DNA of 64,000 nucleotides from assembly GCA_000146045.2 (NCBI GenBank), contig BK006934.2, positions 128,001-192,000 on the forward strand, in the 5' to 3' direction. Of this stretch, positions 20,670-31,437 are shown one piece after another. Every line of letters begins with the position of its first letter. Within the stretch, counting starts at the first letter, position 1. The notes beneath the pieces were generated by a model. That model searched no databases. It saw nothing but the letters and a program-made list of their open reading frames with translations, and was not told the origin of the DNA. The DNA comes from TPA_inf: Saccharomyces (lineage: Eukaryota). A program made the translations under genes and the position numbers.

Positions 20670-21082
20670 ATTGATCTAATATATATGCACTAATTATCTG
20701 GTGTGTTTTCGTATTCTCTAAATAAAAGCAAATGCTATATAGAACTTTTAACGTCTAATATCAATTATAGATAGTGTTAATGACTTGCAAGTTACAGCAC
20801 ACATGAAAGATGAGAGCATACTTACTAAACTGGGCCCAAGAAAGGTCAGCGGGAAGCAGAGGGGAATTGCTGCATTTCCCACCACGTCCTGGTGGGAGTT
20901 TCCTTTCCGAGAGCCACATTGCCTAGCTAGAGGAAGAGAGCCTTGGGCGGGGCGGATCCCGTCTAGATGGGTGGCAAACAAAAGTTTATGGTGGCCCGTG
21001 TTAAATGCGAACACACCTTCCTTTTTTCTTCTGAAATTTCCCCGGCAGATTTTTATTAAATTTTTTTCTTTATAATCCAATG

Positions 21083-21107
21083 GTGCATGGGTGAAAATGT
21101 ATGGGCT
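21083..21107 (-). promoter_or_regulatory. Tandem Rap1 binding sites (CACCCATGCAC and CCCATACATTT on the minus strand) ~420-440 bp upstream of the RPS27B ATG
   Basis: Plus strand gtgcatgggtgaaaatgtatgggct is the reverse complement AGCCCATACATTTTCACCCATGCAC. Two same-orientation matches to the Rap1 consensus ACACCCATACATT, a typical ribosomal-protein gene promoter architecture. Confidence 0.55.
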
Positions 21108-21224
21108 AAATACAAGAAAGGATGTCAATATTTCTTTTTTACGCGGAAGGTTATAATAGACGTAAGTAATATGGAAAGAATTTATGGGATTTATAAAATA
21201 GATAATAAGTAGATAGCTGTCACA

Positions 21225-21680
21225 ATGAACAGATCTTTTCACTTTCTAATAAAGTACATATATATACATGTTCTTCTTGTTTTTTATTTTCACATTAAGC
21301 AGCAGGCTATTATGCCTTTTTTTATTTTTTTCTTTTCATCATTCGACGGACTTTCATTTGACCTTCGAGTGGTAGCGTTTTTAGCCAAGCACGTTTTCGT
21401 TGGCGTTTGTTCACCCTTTTTTGTTGTAGGTTTTTTTGGTTCATCTAGAGTAGTTGTTACTGAATGGCTTTCGAAGCTTGTATTACCTCCTCCTCCAGTT
21501 TCAATAACACAGGTCTTCTCTTTGTCACGTAAGAGAGGCGAATTCTCCAGCGGATACATCTTGATTATAAACCCTTACAAAAGTTTCCTGCGATCACTTT
21601 TAGATTTTTCAATTTTCAATAATACTGCCAAGAACAAATCTTCAACATTTACATTGAACTTGGAGGATGTCTCAAAATAG
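21225..21680 (+). CDS. ECM12: Small hydrophobic ORF (151 aa) overlapping the 3' end of YHR022C on the opposite strand; corresponds in position and length to ECM12/YHR021W-A
   Basis: ATG at 21225. Low-complexity, Phe-rich N-terminus (MPFFIFFFSSF…). 106-bp antisense overlap with the YHR022C C-terminus. Lies inside the RPS27B promoter region, so its coding status is weak from sequence alone. Confidence 0.45.
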   Translation: MNRSFHFLIKYIYIHVLLVFYFHIKQQAIMPFFIFFFSSFDGLSFDLRVVAFLAKHVFVGVCSPFFVVGFFGSSRVVVTEWLSKLVLPPPPVSITQVFSLSRKRGEFSSGYILIINPYKSFLRSLLDFSIFNNTAKNKSSTFTLNLEDVSK

Positions 21681-22345
21681 TCTAAATTGCCTGGCGAGAA
21701 ACCCAGCTCTTGGATAAATGTTAAAACCTTTTCATGAGTAATTGTTCTTTCCGAATCAAGATCACATTTCGTACACGCTATAATAATTGGAATATCCAAT
21801 TCACATTCCAAACGTACGTGGTGAATAATACAAATATAAGACTCTAAGCTGGCAAGAGAGCTGTCATTAGTAGAATCGAAACATAATATAATTGCATCAG
21901 ACTGCCTAATTTGAAGAGTAGTTAGCTCCGAAAGGTACGAAACCTCCATTTGATTGGTATCAAAAACTTGAACATCAATACTGGTGCGTCTTTGAGCAGT
22001 CGATTTATTGGCATTGATCAGGCGCTCTTCTAGGAAATTGCCACAACTTTCATAAATTGTGCCAGAGTTTTTAGCTTTGAAACCCGCATAATTCGGCAAC
22101 TGTCCTTTTACGCCAAAGGTACGATAGTATTTTACCAAAGTATCAAATTGGATTGTCTTGTGGTAGAGGTCCGAAACCCTATAACGATTAGCATCTGATA
22201 TTTGAAATGAACTACCTAGCCAACTGCGAACCAGAGAAGTTTTTCCAGAATGATCATCCCCCATTACAGTAATCTTCGAAGATTTCAAGTCGAAACATCT
22301 TGGGATTGACGCAAGGCTTGCGCCGTATGATAAGCGAACACTCAT
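21575..22345 (-). CDS. YHR022C: Ras-superfamily small GTPase-like protein of unknown function (256 aa)
   Basis: P-loop GDDHSGKTS, …DTNQ…, CTKCDLD (NKxD-like) and ETSSK (SAK-like) motifs. ATG confirmed at 22345. Confidence 0.8.
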   Translation of the reverse strand: MSVRLSYGASLASIPRCFDLKSSKITVMGDDHSGKTSLVRSWLGSSFQISDANRYRVSDLYHKTIQFDTLVKYYRTFGVKGQLPNYAGFKAKNSGTIYESCGNFLEERLINANKSTAQRRTSIDVQVFDTNQMEVSYLSELTTLQIRQSDAIILCFDSTNDSSLASLESYICIIHHVRLECELDIPIIIACTKCDLDSERTITHEKVLTFIQELGFSPGNLDYFETSSKFNVNVEDLFLAVLLKIEKSKSDRRKLL

Positions 22346-23665
22346 AGCGTTTGACCTAATACGGTATAATTAAAAGAAAAAAAGACAAAAAAATAGGATA
22401 GCCAACACAGAGCAGAACCTTAACAATTTCTCTAGATACAATTTACATGCTCAGCGTTTCTTTATATACATTCTCCCTGTATATATTCCTTTGAAAATTT
22501 CTTAGATTTTTTTGAAATTAAATAATAAGTAACGAGCCAAGATCGTTAAGGTAAGTACTTGAAAAGGATTTTTCAAAGAAGGCAAGCATAGACGATCTCT
22601 ACGACATTTTTTTTTGCCCTTGATGTTCTTATGAAAAACAACTTCTACAAGTTGTACTTATCAGAAGTGCAAAAAAAAAAAATTGTTTAGACGACAAAAA
22701 TAGCGTTTAATAATCAAGGTCATGGCTTTTAAACAAAGCGTTAATCTTAATCCCTATATCTCCTCTAAAATGGACGTAGCTTTTACAAAGGGATATTACG
22801 CTTGAGTATCCCTTTTGAAGATCGTTGCACCATTACGTATTAAAGCATTTTTTTTCCTCCGTCAAGATCTTACCCGAATACTGCTGCAGGACATACAAAG
22901 CGCACTGACATGACGCAGGAAGATTGATTAGAACCGTCCGCAAAATTTTCTTTGTTACAGCATTAGTAACGCATCACCTCCTTCTCAAGCTAGGGCACTT
23001 TTAACTCATAAAGCGACACATTGCCTTTTCAAATATTGTAGCTTTTCAAATCACGCAATGGAATATTTGCAGCATTCATTGTTCCGTCAAAAGTAAAATT
23101 TATTTTTAGTACTTCAACGTGGAAGGCAAACCTTGCCTTATACCTTTACATGGATGGTTTTATGCTATTGTGAAACGAAGTCAAAAGGCTAAACAAAAAG
23201 ATAAAGGAGGGGCATATTATCGGACCACCTCGTATAGCAAGAAAGGGTACTTATCAAAAGAAAAGGTCGCTGAAAATCGAGCCCCTCTTGAGAATTTGAT
23301 TTTCATACATATCCCTTTTCTCTTCCGGGTTAAAGCCTTTACATAAATGTGTCATTGTATAGCATTACTTTTTTTTTGGTGTGAAAAAAAAATCGGAAAA
23401 ATATTCACAGGGTAATGCTGAGATAGCTTTTCTTACCCTCCTTGGAATTTGGAATATTTCGAGATTTCATCATTTAGCCCAAAAGGGTAATTGCGTAAAC
23501 ATTTGTAATTTCTTGGTGTATTTGTTTTGATTGTTCATTGTTTATGACCAGCTACTTTATTCATACTCTTCCACACTACTTTTTTTTTCTTGATTACATC
23601 TCGAATCCTGCGAACTTCGTGGTTAGAAGATCATAACAAAGTTAGACAGGACAACAACAGCAATA

Positions 23666-26600
23666 ATGACCGGCGGGCAGTCTTGCAGTTCTAATATGAT
23701 CGTCTGGATACCAGATGAGAAAGAAGTTTTCGTAAAAGGGGAGCTGATGAGTACCGATATCAACAAGAATAAATTTACAGGCCAAGAAGAACAAATAGGA
23801 ATTGTCCACCCGTTGGATTCCACAGAGGTTTCTAATCTAGTGCAGGTACGAATATCCGATGTATTTCCAGTTAACCCATCGACTTTTGACAAAGTAGAGA
23901 ATATGTCTGAGTTAACCCATTTGAATGAGCCGTCTGTGCTTTATAACCTAGAAAAGAGGTACGATTGTGATCTAATATACACCTATTCCGGCTTATTTTT
24001 AGTGGCGATTAACCCTTATCACAATTTGAATTTATATTCTGAAGACCATATAAACTTGTACCACAACAAGCATAACAGGTTATCAAAGAGCAGATTGGAT
24101 GAAAACTCCCATGAAAAACTGCCGCCGCATATATTTGCAATTGCAGAAGAAGCCTATGAGAATCTTTTATCTGAAGGAAAAGATCAATCTATTTTAGTCA
24201 CTGGTGAATCCGGTGCGGGCAAGACAGAAAATACGAAAAAGATTCTACAATATCTAGCATCTATAACTTCTGGCTCTCCTTCCAATATAGCTCCTGTTAG
24301 TGGTAGTTCTATTGTAGAAAGCTTCGAAATGAAAATTCTACAAAGTAACCCTATCTTAGAGTCTTTTGGTAATGCACAGACTGTACGAAATAACAACTCT
24401 TCAAGATTCGGTAAATTCATAAAGATAGAATTTAATGAACATGGTATGATCAATGGTGCGCATATCGAGTGGTACCTTTTAGAGAAATCAAGAATTGTTC
24501 ATCAAAATTCGAAAGAAAGAAATTATCATATATTTTACCAACTATTATCCGGTTTAGACGATTCTGAGTTGAAAAATCTACGCCTTAAATCTAGGAACGT
24601 AAAAGATTACAAAATTTTATCCAATTCTAACCAGGATATTATACCAGGAATCAACGACGTAGAGAATTTTAAAGAACTGCTCTCGGCATTGAATATTATT
24701 GGGTTTTCAAAAGATCAAATAAGATGGATATTTCAAGTAGTGGCAATTATTTTATTAATCGGTAACATTGAGTTCGTATCAGACAGAGCAGAACAAGCAT
24801 CTTTCAAAAATGATGTTAGCGCAATTTGTAGCAATTTAGGCGTGGACGAAAAAGATTTCCAAACTGCCATATTAAGGCCTAGATCAAAAGCCGGAAAAGA
24901 GTGGGTTTCACAGTCCAAAAACTCTCAACAAGCTAAGTTCATCTTGAATGCCTTATCAAGAAATCTTTATGAGCGGTTGTTCGGATATATTGTGGATATG
25001 ATTAATAAAAACTTGGACCATGGGAGTGCAACTTTGAATTACATTGGATTGTTGGATATTGCTGGTTTTGAAATATTCGAAAATAATTCCTTTGAACAAT
25101 TATGCATCAACTATACAAATGAAAAATTACAGCAGTTCTTTAATAACCATATGTTTGTTTTAGAACAGAGCGAATATTTAAAGGAAAACATTCAATGGGA
25201 TTATATAGATTACGGAAAAGATTTGCAACTGACGATTGATTTGATCGAAAGCAAGGGGCCACCGACCGGTGTACTACCGTTGTTGGATGAGGAAGCCGTT
25301 TTGCCCAAATCCACTGATGAGTCATTCTACTCTAAACTGATCTCAACTTGGGACCAAAACTCTTCAAAGTTTAAACGTTCAAGATTAAAAAATGGGTTCA
25401 TTTTGAAACACTATGCTGGGGATGTGGAATACACTGTGGAAGGCTGGTTATCCAAAAACAAAGATCCTTTAAACGATAATCTCTTGTCTTTGTTGTCTTC
25501 TTCACAAAACGATATCATTTCAAAACTGTTCCAGCCAGAGGGCGAAAAATCTTCTAGTGCTGGTGTGGAAGCCAACATCTCCAACCAAGAAGTTAAGAAA
25601 TCAGCTAGGACAAGTACCTTCAAGACTACATCATCACGCCATAGAGAACAGCAGATAACATTACTAAATCAACTAGCTTCTACCCACCCACATTTTGTTC
25701 GTTGTATAATTCCAAACAACGTGAAAAAAGTGAAAACATTTAACAGAAGGTTAATCTTAGATCAATTACGTTGTAATGGTGTGCTAGAGGGTATTAGACT
25801 TGCCAGAGAAGGTTACCCAAATAGGATAGCATTCCAAGAATTTTTCCAGCGGTATAGGATCTTGTATCCTGAAAATTCAACCACCACGACTTTCAGTTCT
25901 AAATTAAAAGCCAGTACCAAACAAAACTGTGAGTTTCTTCTAACGTCTTTGCAACTGGATACAAAAGTTTATAAAATTGGTAATACTAAACTGTTTTTCA
26001 AAGCTGGAGTATTGGCAGATTTGGAAAAACAAAAAGATGTTAAGCTGAATAATATTATGATTAAACTAACAGCAACTATACGAGGTTACACAGTAAGAAA
26101 AGAAATAACGTACCATCTACAAAAATTAAAGAAAACAAGGGTGATTGGTAATACCTTCAGATTATACAATAGACTGGTGAAGGAAGATCCTTGGTTTAAT
26201 TTATTTATCAGGATCAAGCCACTTTTAACATCATCCAATGACATGACCAGAACCAAAAAATTCAACGAGCAAATTAATAAACTGAAGAACGACCTTCAAG
26301 AAATGGAATCTAAGAAGAAGTTTTTGGAAGAAAAGAACCAAAAAACTGTCAATGAGTTGGAAAATACGCAGGACTTGCTAAATCAGGAGAAAGAGAATTT
26401 AAGAAAAAATGAGAGCTTATTAAATAGAGTTAAAACCAGCTCAGAAACATTACAAAAACAATTCGATGACCTTGTTTCTGAAAAGGATGAAATTAGCAGG
26501 GAAAAACTAGAAGTTGCGCAAAATCTTGAAGAAGCTCATCAAAAAATCCAAGGCCTTCAAGAAACTATTAGAGAACGGGAGGCGACCTTAGAGAAATTAC

Positions 26601-29452
26601 ACTCAAAAAATAACGAACTAATAAAGCAAATATCAGACTTGAACTGTGACATTTCTAAGGAACAGAGCTCCCAGTCTTTAATCAAAGAATCTAAATTGAA
26701 GCTAGAAAACGAAATAAAGAGATTAAAAGATGTCATAAACTCGAAGGAGGAAGAAATAAAATCGTTCAACGATAAGTTAAGTTCCTCAGAAGAAGATCTT
26801 GACATAAAATTGGTCACTTTAGAGAAAAATTGTAACATTGCGATGTCAAGACTACAATCCCTTGTAACAGAAAATTCAGATTTGCGTTCGAAAAATGAGA
26901 ATTTCAAGAAAGAAAAGGCAGCACTGAATAACCAGTTGAAAAATAAGGAAAGTGAACTGTTAAAGATGAAAGAAAAAATAGATAATCACAAAAAAGAGCT
27001 TGCTACTTTTTCCAAGCAAAGAGATGACGCAGTTAGCGAACATGGTAAAATTACTGCTGAACTAAAAGAGACAAGAATCCAACTTACCGAGTATAAATCT
27101 AACTATCAAAAGATTAAAGAAGAATATTCCAACTTCCAAAGAGAAACGAAGGAACAGGAGCAAAAGAAAAGAAATAGCCTGGTTGAGTCTCTGAACGATA
27201 GTAAAATTAAAGAATTGGAAGCTCGGTTGTCACAGGAAATATCCTTAAATCAATACTTAAACAAAAGAATATCAGGAAATTCTGTAGAAACGAATATTTC
27301 GTCTACTAGACGTTCCACATCGTATTCAGATGATCCACTTGACAAAGAAGATATAATAAAAAAATACTATGACCTTCAATTAGCGTTTACTGAAATAACT
27401 AGGAATCTAGAGAATGAAATTGAAGAGAAGAAGAACTTAATTTCTAGATTGAGATTCACTGAAACAAGACTAGCATCTTCGTCTTTTGAGGACCAAAAGA
27501 TTAAGGCACAAATGAAGAAATTAAAAAAATTGATCCAGGATATGGACCCTAGTATTCCTTTGGACAGTATTCTAAATGAGCCGCTAGATAACTGCCCTGA
27601 CAAAGAGTCTGATATTAACAAATTAATGCTTGAGGTCGATTATTTAAAAAGACAATTGGATATCGAAACAAGAGCTCACTACGATGCAGAAAATGCCATA
27701 TCTGCTTTACACAGTAAATTTAGAAAGATCCAAGGGGAAAGCTCCCTGTCATCTTCTGATATTTACAAACTGAAGTTCGAAGCCAGTGAAGAAAGAGTCA
27801 AATCCTTGGAAGACAAGCTAAAAACCATGCCTTTACGTGATCGAACAAATTTACCTGTCGGAGATATTATAAAGAACCGTGATAGCATTTCAAAATATGA
27901 AGAAGAAATTCGCTATTATAAACTTGAAAACTACAAGCTCCAAGAAATATTAAATGAATCAAATGGAAAATTGAGCCAACTCACTCTTGACTTGAGGCAA
28001 TCAAAATCCAAAGAAGCCCTACTTAGTGAACAATTAGACAGATTACAGAAAGACCTTGAATCTACGGAACGCCAAAAAGAACTACTATCATCCACAATAA
28101 AACAGCAGAAACAGCAATTTGAAAACTGCATGGACGATCTGCAAGGGAATGAACTGCGGCTAAGAGAACATATTCATGCACTAAAACAAGCTGAAGAGGA
28201 CGTAAAGAATATGGCGTCTATCATTGAAAAATTGAAAACTCAAAATAAGCAAAAGGAAAAGTTAATCTGGGAGCGCGAAATGGAAAGAAATGACTCAGAT
28301 ATGCAATTACAGGAAACTCTGCTGGAGTTGAAGAGAGTCCAAGATGTAAAGAAAATCCTGAGTGATGATTTGGCCCATTTAAAGGAGCGATTGAGCGCTG
28401 TAGAAGATAGATCCCAATATACGGATGAGATTAATAGATTAAAGGAAGAATTGAACTGCTCTTTAAAAGCTGAAACAAACTTAAAAAAAGAATTTGCAAC
28501 CCTTAAGTACAAACTGGAAACTTCGACTAATGATTCTGAAGCAAAAATCTCCGATCTGCTGAAGCAGCTCGATCATTATACAAAAGTGGTGGAAATGTTG
28601 AACAACGAAAAAGATGCTATTTCTCTTGCAGAAAAAGAACTTTATCAGAAATACGAGGCACTCAATACTGAATGCGAGTCTCTTAAAGGAAAGATAGTGT
28701 CTTTGACTAAAATCAAGCAGGAACTGGAATCTGACTTAAATCAAAAGACTGATGCGCTACAGATATCAAACGCAGCACTCTCAAGTTCCACACAAAAGAA
28801 TAAAGAGATTACTGAAAAAATCAAATATCTGGAGGAAACACTACAACTGCAAATGGAACAAAATTCAAGGAATGGGGAGTTGGTTAAGACATTACAGGCC
28901 AGCTGCAATGGATATAAAGATAAGTTTGATGATGAGAAGCAGAAGAATATTGATTTATATGAAGAAAATCAAACTTTACAAAAGCTCAACACCGACTTAC
29001 AGCTTCAACTAAAAAATTTGCATGAAAGATTATCAGACACTACTGAAAAAAACGCATGGTTATCAAAGATTCATGAATTGGAAAATATGGTAAGCCTAGA
29101 AACGGACTTGAAATATGAAGAAATGAAAAAGAACAAGAGTTTGGAGAGAGCAGTGGAAGAGTTACAAACTAAGAACTCCCAACAAACAGATGTAATAGAA
29201 CTAGCGAATAAAAATAGAAGCGAATTTGAGGAAGCTACTTTGAAATATGAGGCTCAAATCTCTGACTTAGAAAAGTACATTTCTCAACAAGAGCTTGAGA
29301 TGAAAAAATCCATTAGAGATAATTCTTCTTACCGCGACAAAGTGCAGGAAATGGCCCAAGAAATTGAATTCTGGAAAAGCCGTTATGAATCTACCATGAT
29401 AGGCTCGAAAAATATTGATAGTAACAATGCACAGAGTAAAATTTTCAGTTAA
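23666..29452 (+). CDS. MYO1: Type II myosin heavy chain (1928 aa)
   Basis: N-terminal motor domain (P-loop GESGAGKT, switch motifs LDIAGFE…), IQ region, and a ~1000-aa heptad-repeat coiled-coil tail. ATG at 23666. Confidence 0.95.
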   Translation: MTGGQSCSSNMIVWIPDEKEVFVKGELMSTDINKNKFTGQEEQIGIVHPLDSTEVSNLVQVRISDVFPVNPSTFDKVENMSELTHLNEPSVLYNLEKRYDCDLIYTYSGLFLVAINPYHNLNLYSEDHINLYHNKHNRLSKSRLDENSHEKLPPHIFAIAEEAYENLLSEGKDQSILVTGESGAGKTENTKKILQYLASITSGSPSNIAPVSGSSIVESFEMKILQSNPILESFGNAQTVRNNNSSRFGKFIKIEFNEHGMINGAHIEWYLLEKSRIVHQNSKERNYHIFYQLLSGLDDSELKNLRLKSRNVKDYKILSNSNQDIIPGINDVENFKELLSALNIIGFSKDQIRWIFQVVAIILLIGNIEFVSDRAEQASFKNDVSAICSNLGVDEKDFQTAILRPRSKAGKEWVSQSKNSQQAKFILNALSRNLYERLFGYIVDMINKNLDHGSATLNYIGLLDIAGFEIFENNSFEQLCINYTNEKLQQFFNNHMFVLEQSEYLKENIQWDYIDYGKDLQLTIDLIESKGPPTGVLPLLDEEAVLPKSTDESFYSKLISTWDQNSSKFKRSRLKNGFILKHYAGDVEYTVEGWLSKNKDPLNDNLLSLLSSSQNDIISKLFQPEGEKSSSAGVEANISNQEVKKSARTSTFKTTSSRHREQQITLLNQLASTHPHFVRCIIPNNVKKVKTFNRRLILDQLRCNGVLEGIRLAREGYPNRIAFQEFFQRYRILYPENSTTTTFSSKLKASTKQNCEFLLTSLQLDTKVYKIGNTKLFFKAGVLADLEKQKDVKLNNIMIKLTATIRGYTVRKEITYHLQKLKKTRVIGNTFRLYNRLVKEDPWFNLFIRIKPLLTSSNDMTRTKKFNEQINKLKNDLQEMESKKKFLEEKNQKTVNELENTQDLLNQEKENLRKNESLLNRVKTSSETLQKQFDDLVSEKDEISREKLEVAQNLEEAHQKIQGLQETIREREATLEKLHSKNNELIKQISDLNCDISKEQSSQSLIKESKLKLENEIKRLKDVINSKEEEIKSFNDKLSSSEEDLDIKLVTLEKNCNIAMSRLQSLVTENSDLRSKNENFKKEKAALNNQLKNKESELLKMKEKIDNHKKELATFSKQRDDAVSEHGKITAELKETRIQLTEYKSNYQKIKEEYSNFQRETKEQEQKKRNSLVESLNDSKIKELEARLSQEISLNQYLNKRISGNSVETNISSTRRSTSYSDDPLDKEDIIKKYYDLQLAFTEITRNLENEIEEKKNLISRLRFTETRLASSSFEDQKIKAQMKKLKKLIQDMDPSIPLDSILNEPLDNCPDKESDINKLMLEVDYLKRQLDIETRAHYDAENAISALHSKFRKIQGESSLSSSDIYKLKFEASEERVKSLEDKLKTMPLRDRTNLPVGDIIKNRDSISKYEEEIRYYKLENYKLQEILNESNGKLSQLTLDLRQSKSKEALLSEQLDRLQKDLESTERQKELLSSTIKQQKQQFENCMDDLQGNELRLREHIHALKQAEEDVKNMASIIEKLKTQNKQKEKLIWEREMERNDSDMQLQETLLELKRVQDVKKILSDDLAHLKERLSAVEDRSQYTDEINRLKEELNCSLKAETNLKKEFATLKYKLETSTNDSEAKISDLLKQLDHYTKVVEMLNNEKDAISLAEKELYQKYEALNTECESLKGKIVSLTKIKQELESDLNQKTDALQISNAALSSSTQKNKEITEKIKYLEETLQLQMEQNSRNGELVKTLQASCNGYKDKFDDEKQKNIDLYEENQTLQKLNTDLQLQLKNLHERLSDTTEKNAWLSKIHELENMVSLETDLKYEEMKKNKSLERAVEELQTKNSQQTDVIELANKNRSEFEEATLKYEAQISDLEKYISQQELEMKKSIRDNSSYRDKVQEMAQEIEFWKSRYESTMIGSKNIDSNNAQSKIFS

Positions 29453-29743
29453 CGAACTTTTTTTTAAAAATTTGGAAGACTTTATATCCTTTATTTAAAA
29501 AAATAATGATGAGATGTTTTGTATATACAGAATGAGAATATGCATTATTAACAGAAAAAGACGACACGAGCGTTATATACTAAGTGGCATGAACTCTTTC
29601 ACCCCGTATCCTTCGATAGTAGTCTTAAAGGTGGTACATAAAATAAAGAAAATAACCGATTCAATAGATAAGCAGCGGAAATAAAGTCTTTTTCCTATCT
29701 TGAAATCTCCAAAATAAAAGTAATAAAGTACTGCTAAAGTTGT

Positions 29744-31192
29744 TCAAAACCAACCCTTCTTCTTGGGACTATCGTTTTTGGAGGAGGAGCTGTTACCCAA
29801 TCCATATGCCTTCAGTACATTTTCCACATCTCCAAAGGATCCTCTGTCTCCTTGCATTACAACAGTAGCTCTACCCTTACCATTGCCAGCATTATTTACA
29901 TTTCCCGTAAATATCATTTCGGCAACACGTGAGATATCATCTGGCTTCAAATCTTCGATCTTACTTATCATTTCGTTGACTGGGATTTTGCGACCATGCA
30001 TGAGAACTTGTCTGCCCATATCTTCCAATTCTACCAGTTTAGACTCTAGGTTCATTAGTAGTGAAGACTTCAACTGATTCTTGGCCCTGGAGACTTCGTC
30101 TTCAGTTAACCTCAAATCCTTATTAGCAAATGTATTATACATTTGCTGTGCAATTACCTCAACCGCTTGAGGAGCTGCCTGCGGTATACAAGATAATGAA
30201 ATACCGAAAATACCAGAATCCGAATAAGAATGGTTGAACGCAACACAATTTTCAACAAAGTAATACTGGTTCAAAACGTGGGTATACAAACGAGAATACA
30301 TCCCCTTTCCTGGCCCACCAGCACTGAAAGAACCACCACCTCCAAGTAAAGTTTGTAATGTTGCTAAAGCATAAATGTCTGGATGATCTATAGGGAGACC
30401 TTCAAATCCGATCTGGATGTGGAATAATTCTGGTAAATTCCCAAACACTGGTGCTGGTGGAATACAACTTTCCCCGCCCGTATATTGGGCAACTTTTTTG
30501 GTGATCGGAGGGTGTGTAGATTGCCAGTCACCGAGATACTTTTCTGTAAGCTCTAATGCCTTTTCGTGAGGAACACCAACAAATGCCGCAACAGTATTTT
30601 CTGGGGTGTAGAATTTATTTCTGTAGTCCAATAAGTAGTATTTAGAAATAGAAGGAATGAGCTCTCTAGGGCAGATTAAAGGGGACCCCAAAGTTTCTCC
30701 GGAGTATGCTGCTGTGTGCAACAGCTCAGGTAATACCAATTCTGGCTTCATCCAAACTTCATCGATTTCATACTCTGCCGACAGCTTCTGTTCTTGCAGT
30801 TCTTGCTCAGTAATCTTAGGGAACCTCACAGTTTCTGACATTAATTGAAGCATTTTACCCACATCCTGGTTGAACACAGAAGCCTGATACATCAAATTTT
30901 CTCTAGACGAGGTACACTGGTAATTCCCACCCAGTAACTCCAACGTCTCTGCCATTGCTCGGCCCTCGACGTGTTCGGTTGATTTGAATGCTAGTCTATC
31001 CAAGATATGTGTACAACCCTTCAAATTCCTACCTTCAAACCGTGATCCTGCGTCGATGTATAGGCCTAAGGCACTAAAGTGTCCAGGAGTATTTGATGTC
31101 GCCACTTTCAGTCCATTCGCTAGTGACGAAAGCTTAAAATTATCGGTTCTAGCGATGTTAGAGTACAACCTCTGAACGCCGTTCCTTAGCAT
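29744..31192 (-). CDS. MAS2: Mitochondrial processing peptidase alpha subunit (482 aa)
   Basis: M16 peptidase family (inactive-type Zn motif region, glycine-rich loop [20 protein letters not shown]). Confidence 0.9.
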
Positions 31193-31337
31193 CTTTTGTT
31201 ATTAATCAGCTCTCTGCTTTGCATTAATTTGACCACCTGCCCTGAAACACCTTTCTTCTAGTCCACCTGTGTAGGCTTTTTCACCTGAATTGTTCATTCT
31301 CGATACGCCCTCACGCCGGATGAAAAATTTGTGCAAG

Positions 31338-31344
31338 AGTCATC
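31338..31344. promoter_or_regulatory. Candidate Gcn4 site (TGACTC core, reverse complement of gagtca) ~95 bp upstream of THR1
   Basis: Plus aagagtcatca is the reverse complement TGATGACTCTT. THR1 is a general amino-acid control gene. Confidence 0.35.
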
Positions 31345-31437
31345 ATCTCGAAAAGATATGGTGATAAAAACAAGTGTACTTCTAACCTGCCTAATGGTTA
31401 TAACAGTAGCATAAAGTAGATATACGGACTACAGAAA

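Noticed and set aside
20748-21242. 164-aa minus-strand ORF spanning the RPS27B promoter
   Set aside because: Covers the Rap1 sites and T-rich promoter DNA. Translation is low-complexity, and it sits where the RPS27B 5' regulatory region must be.
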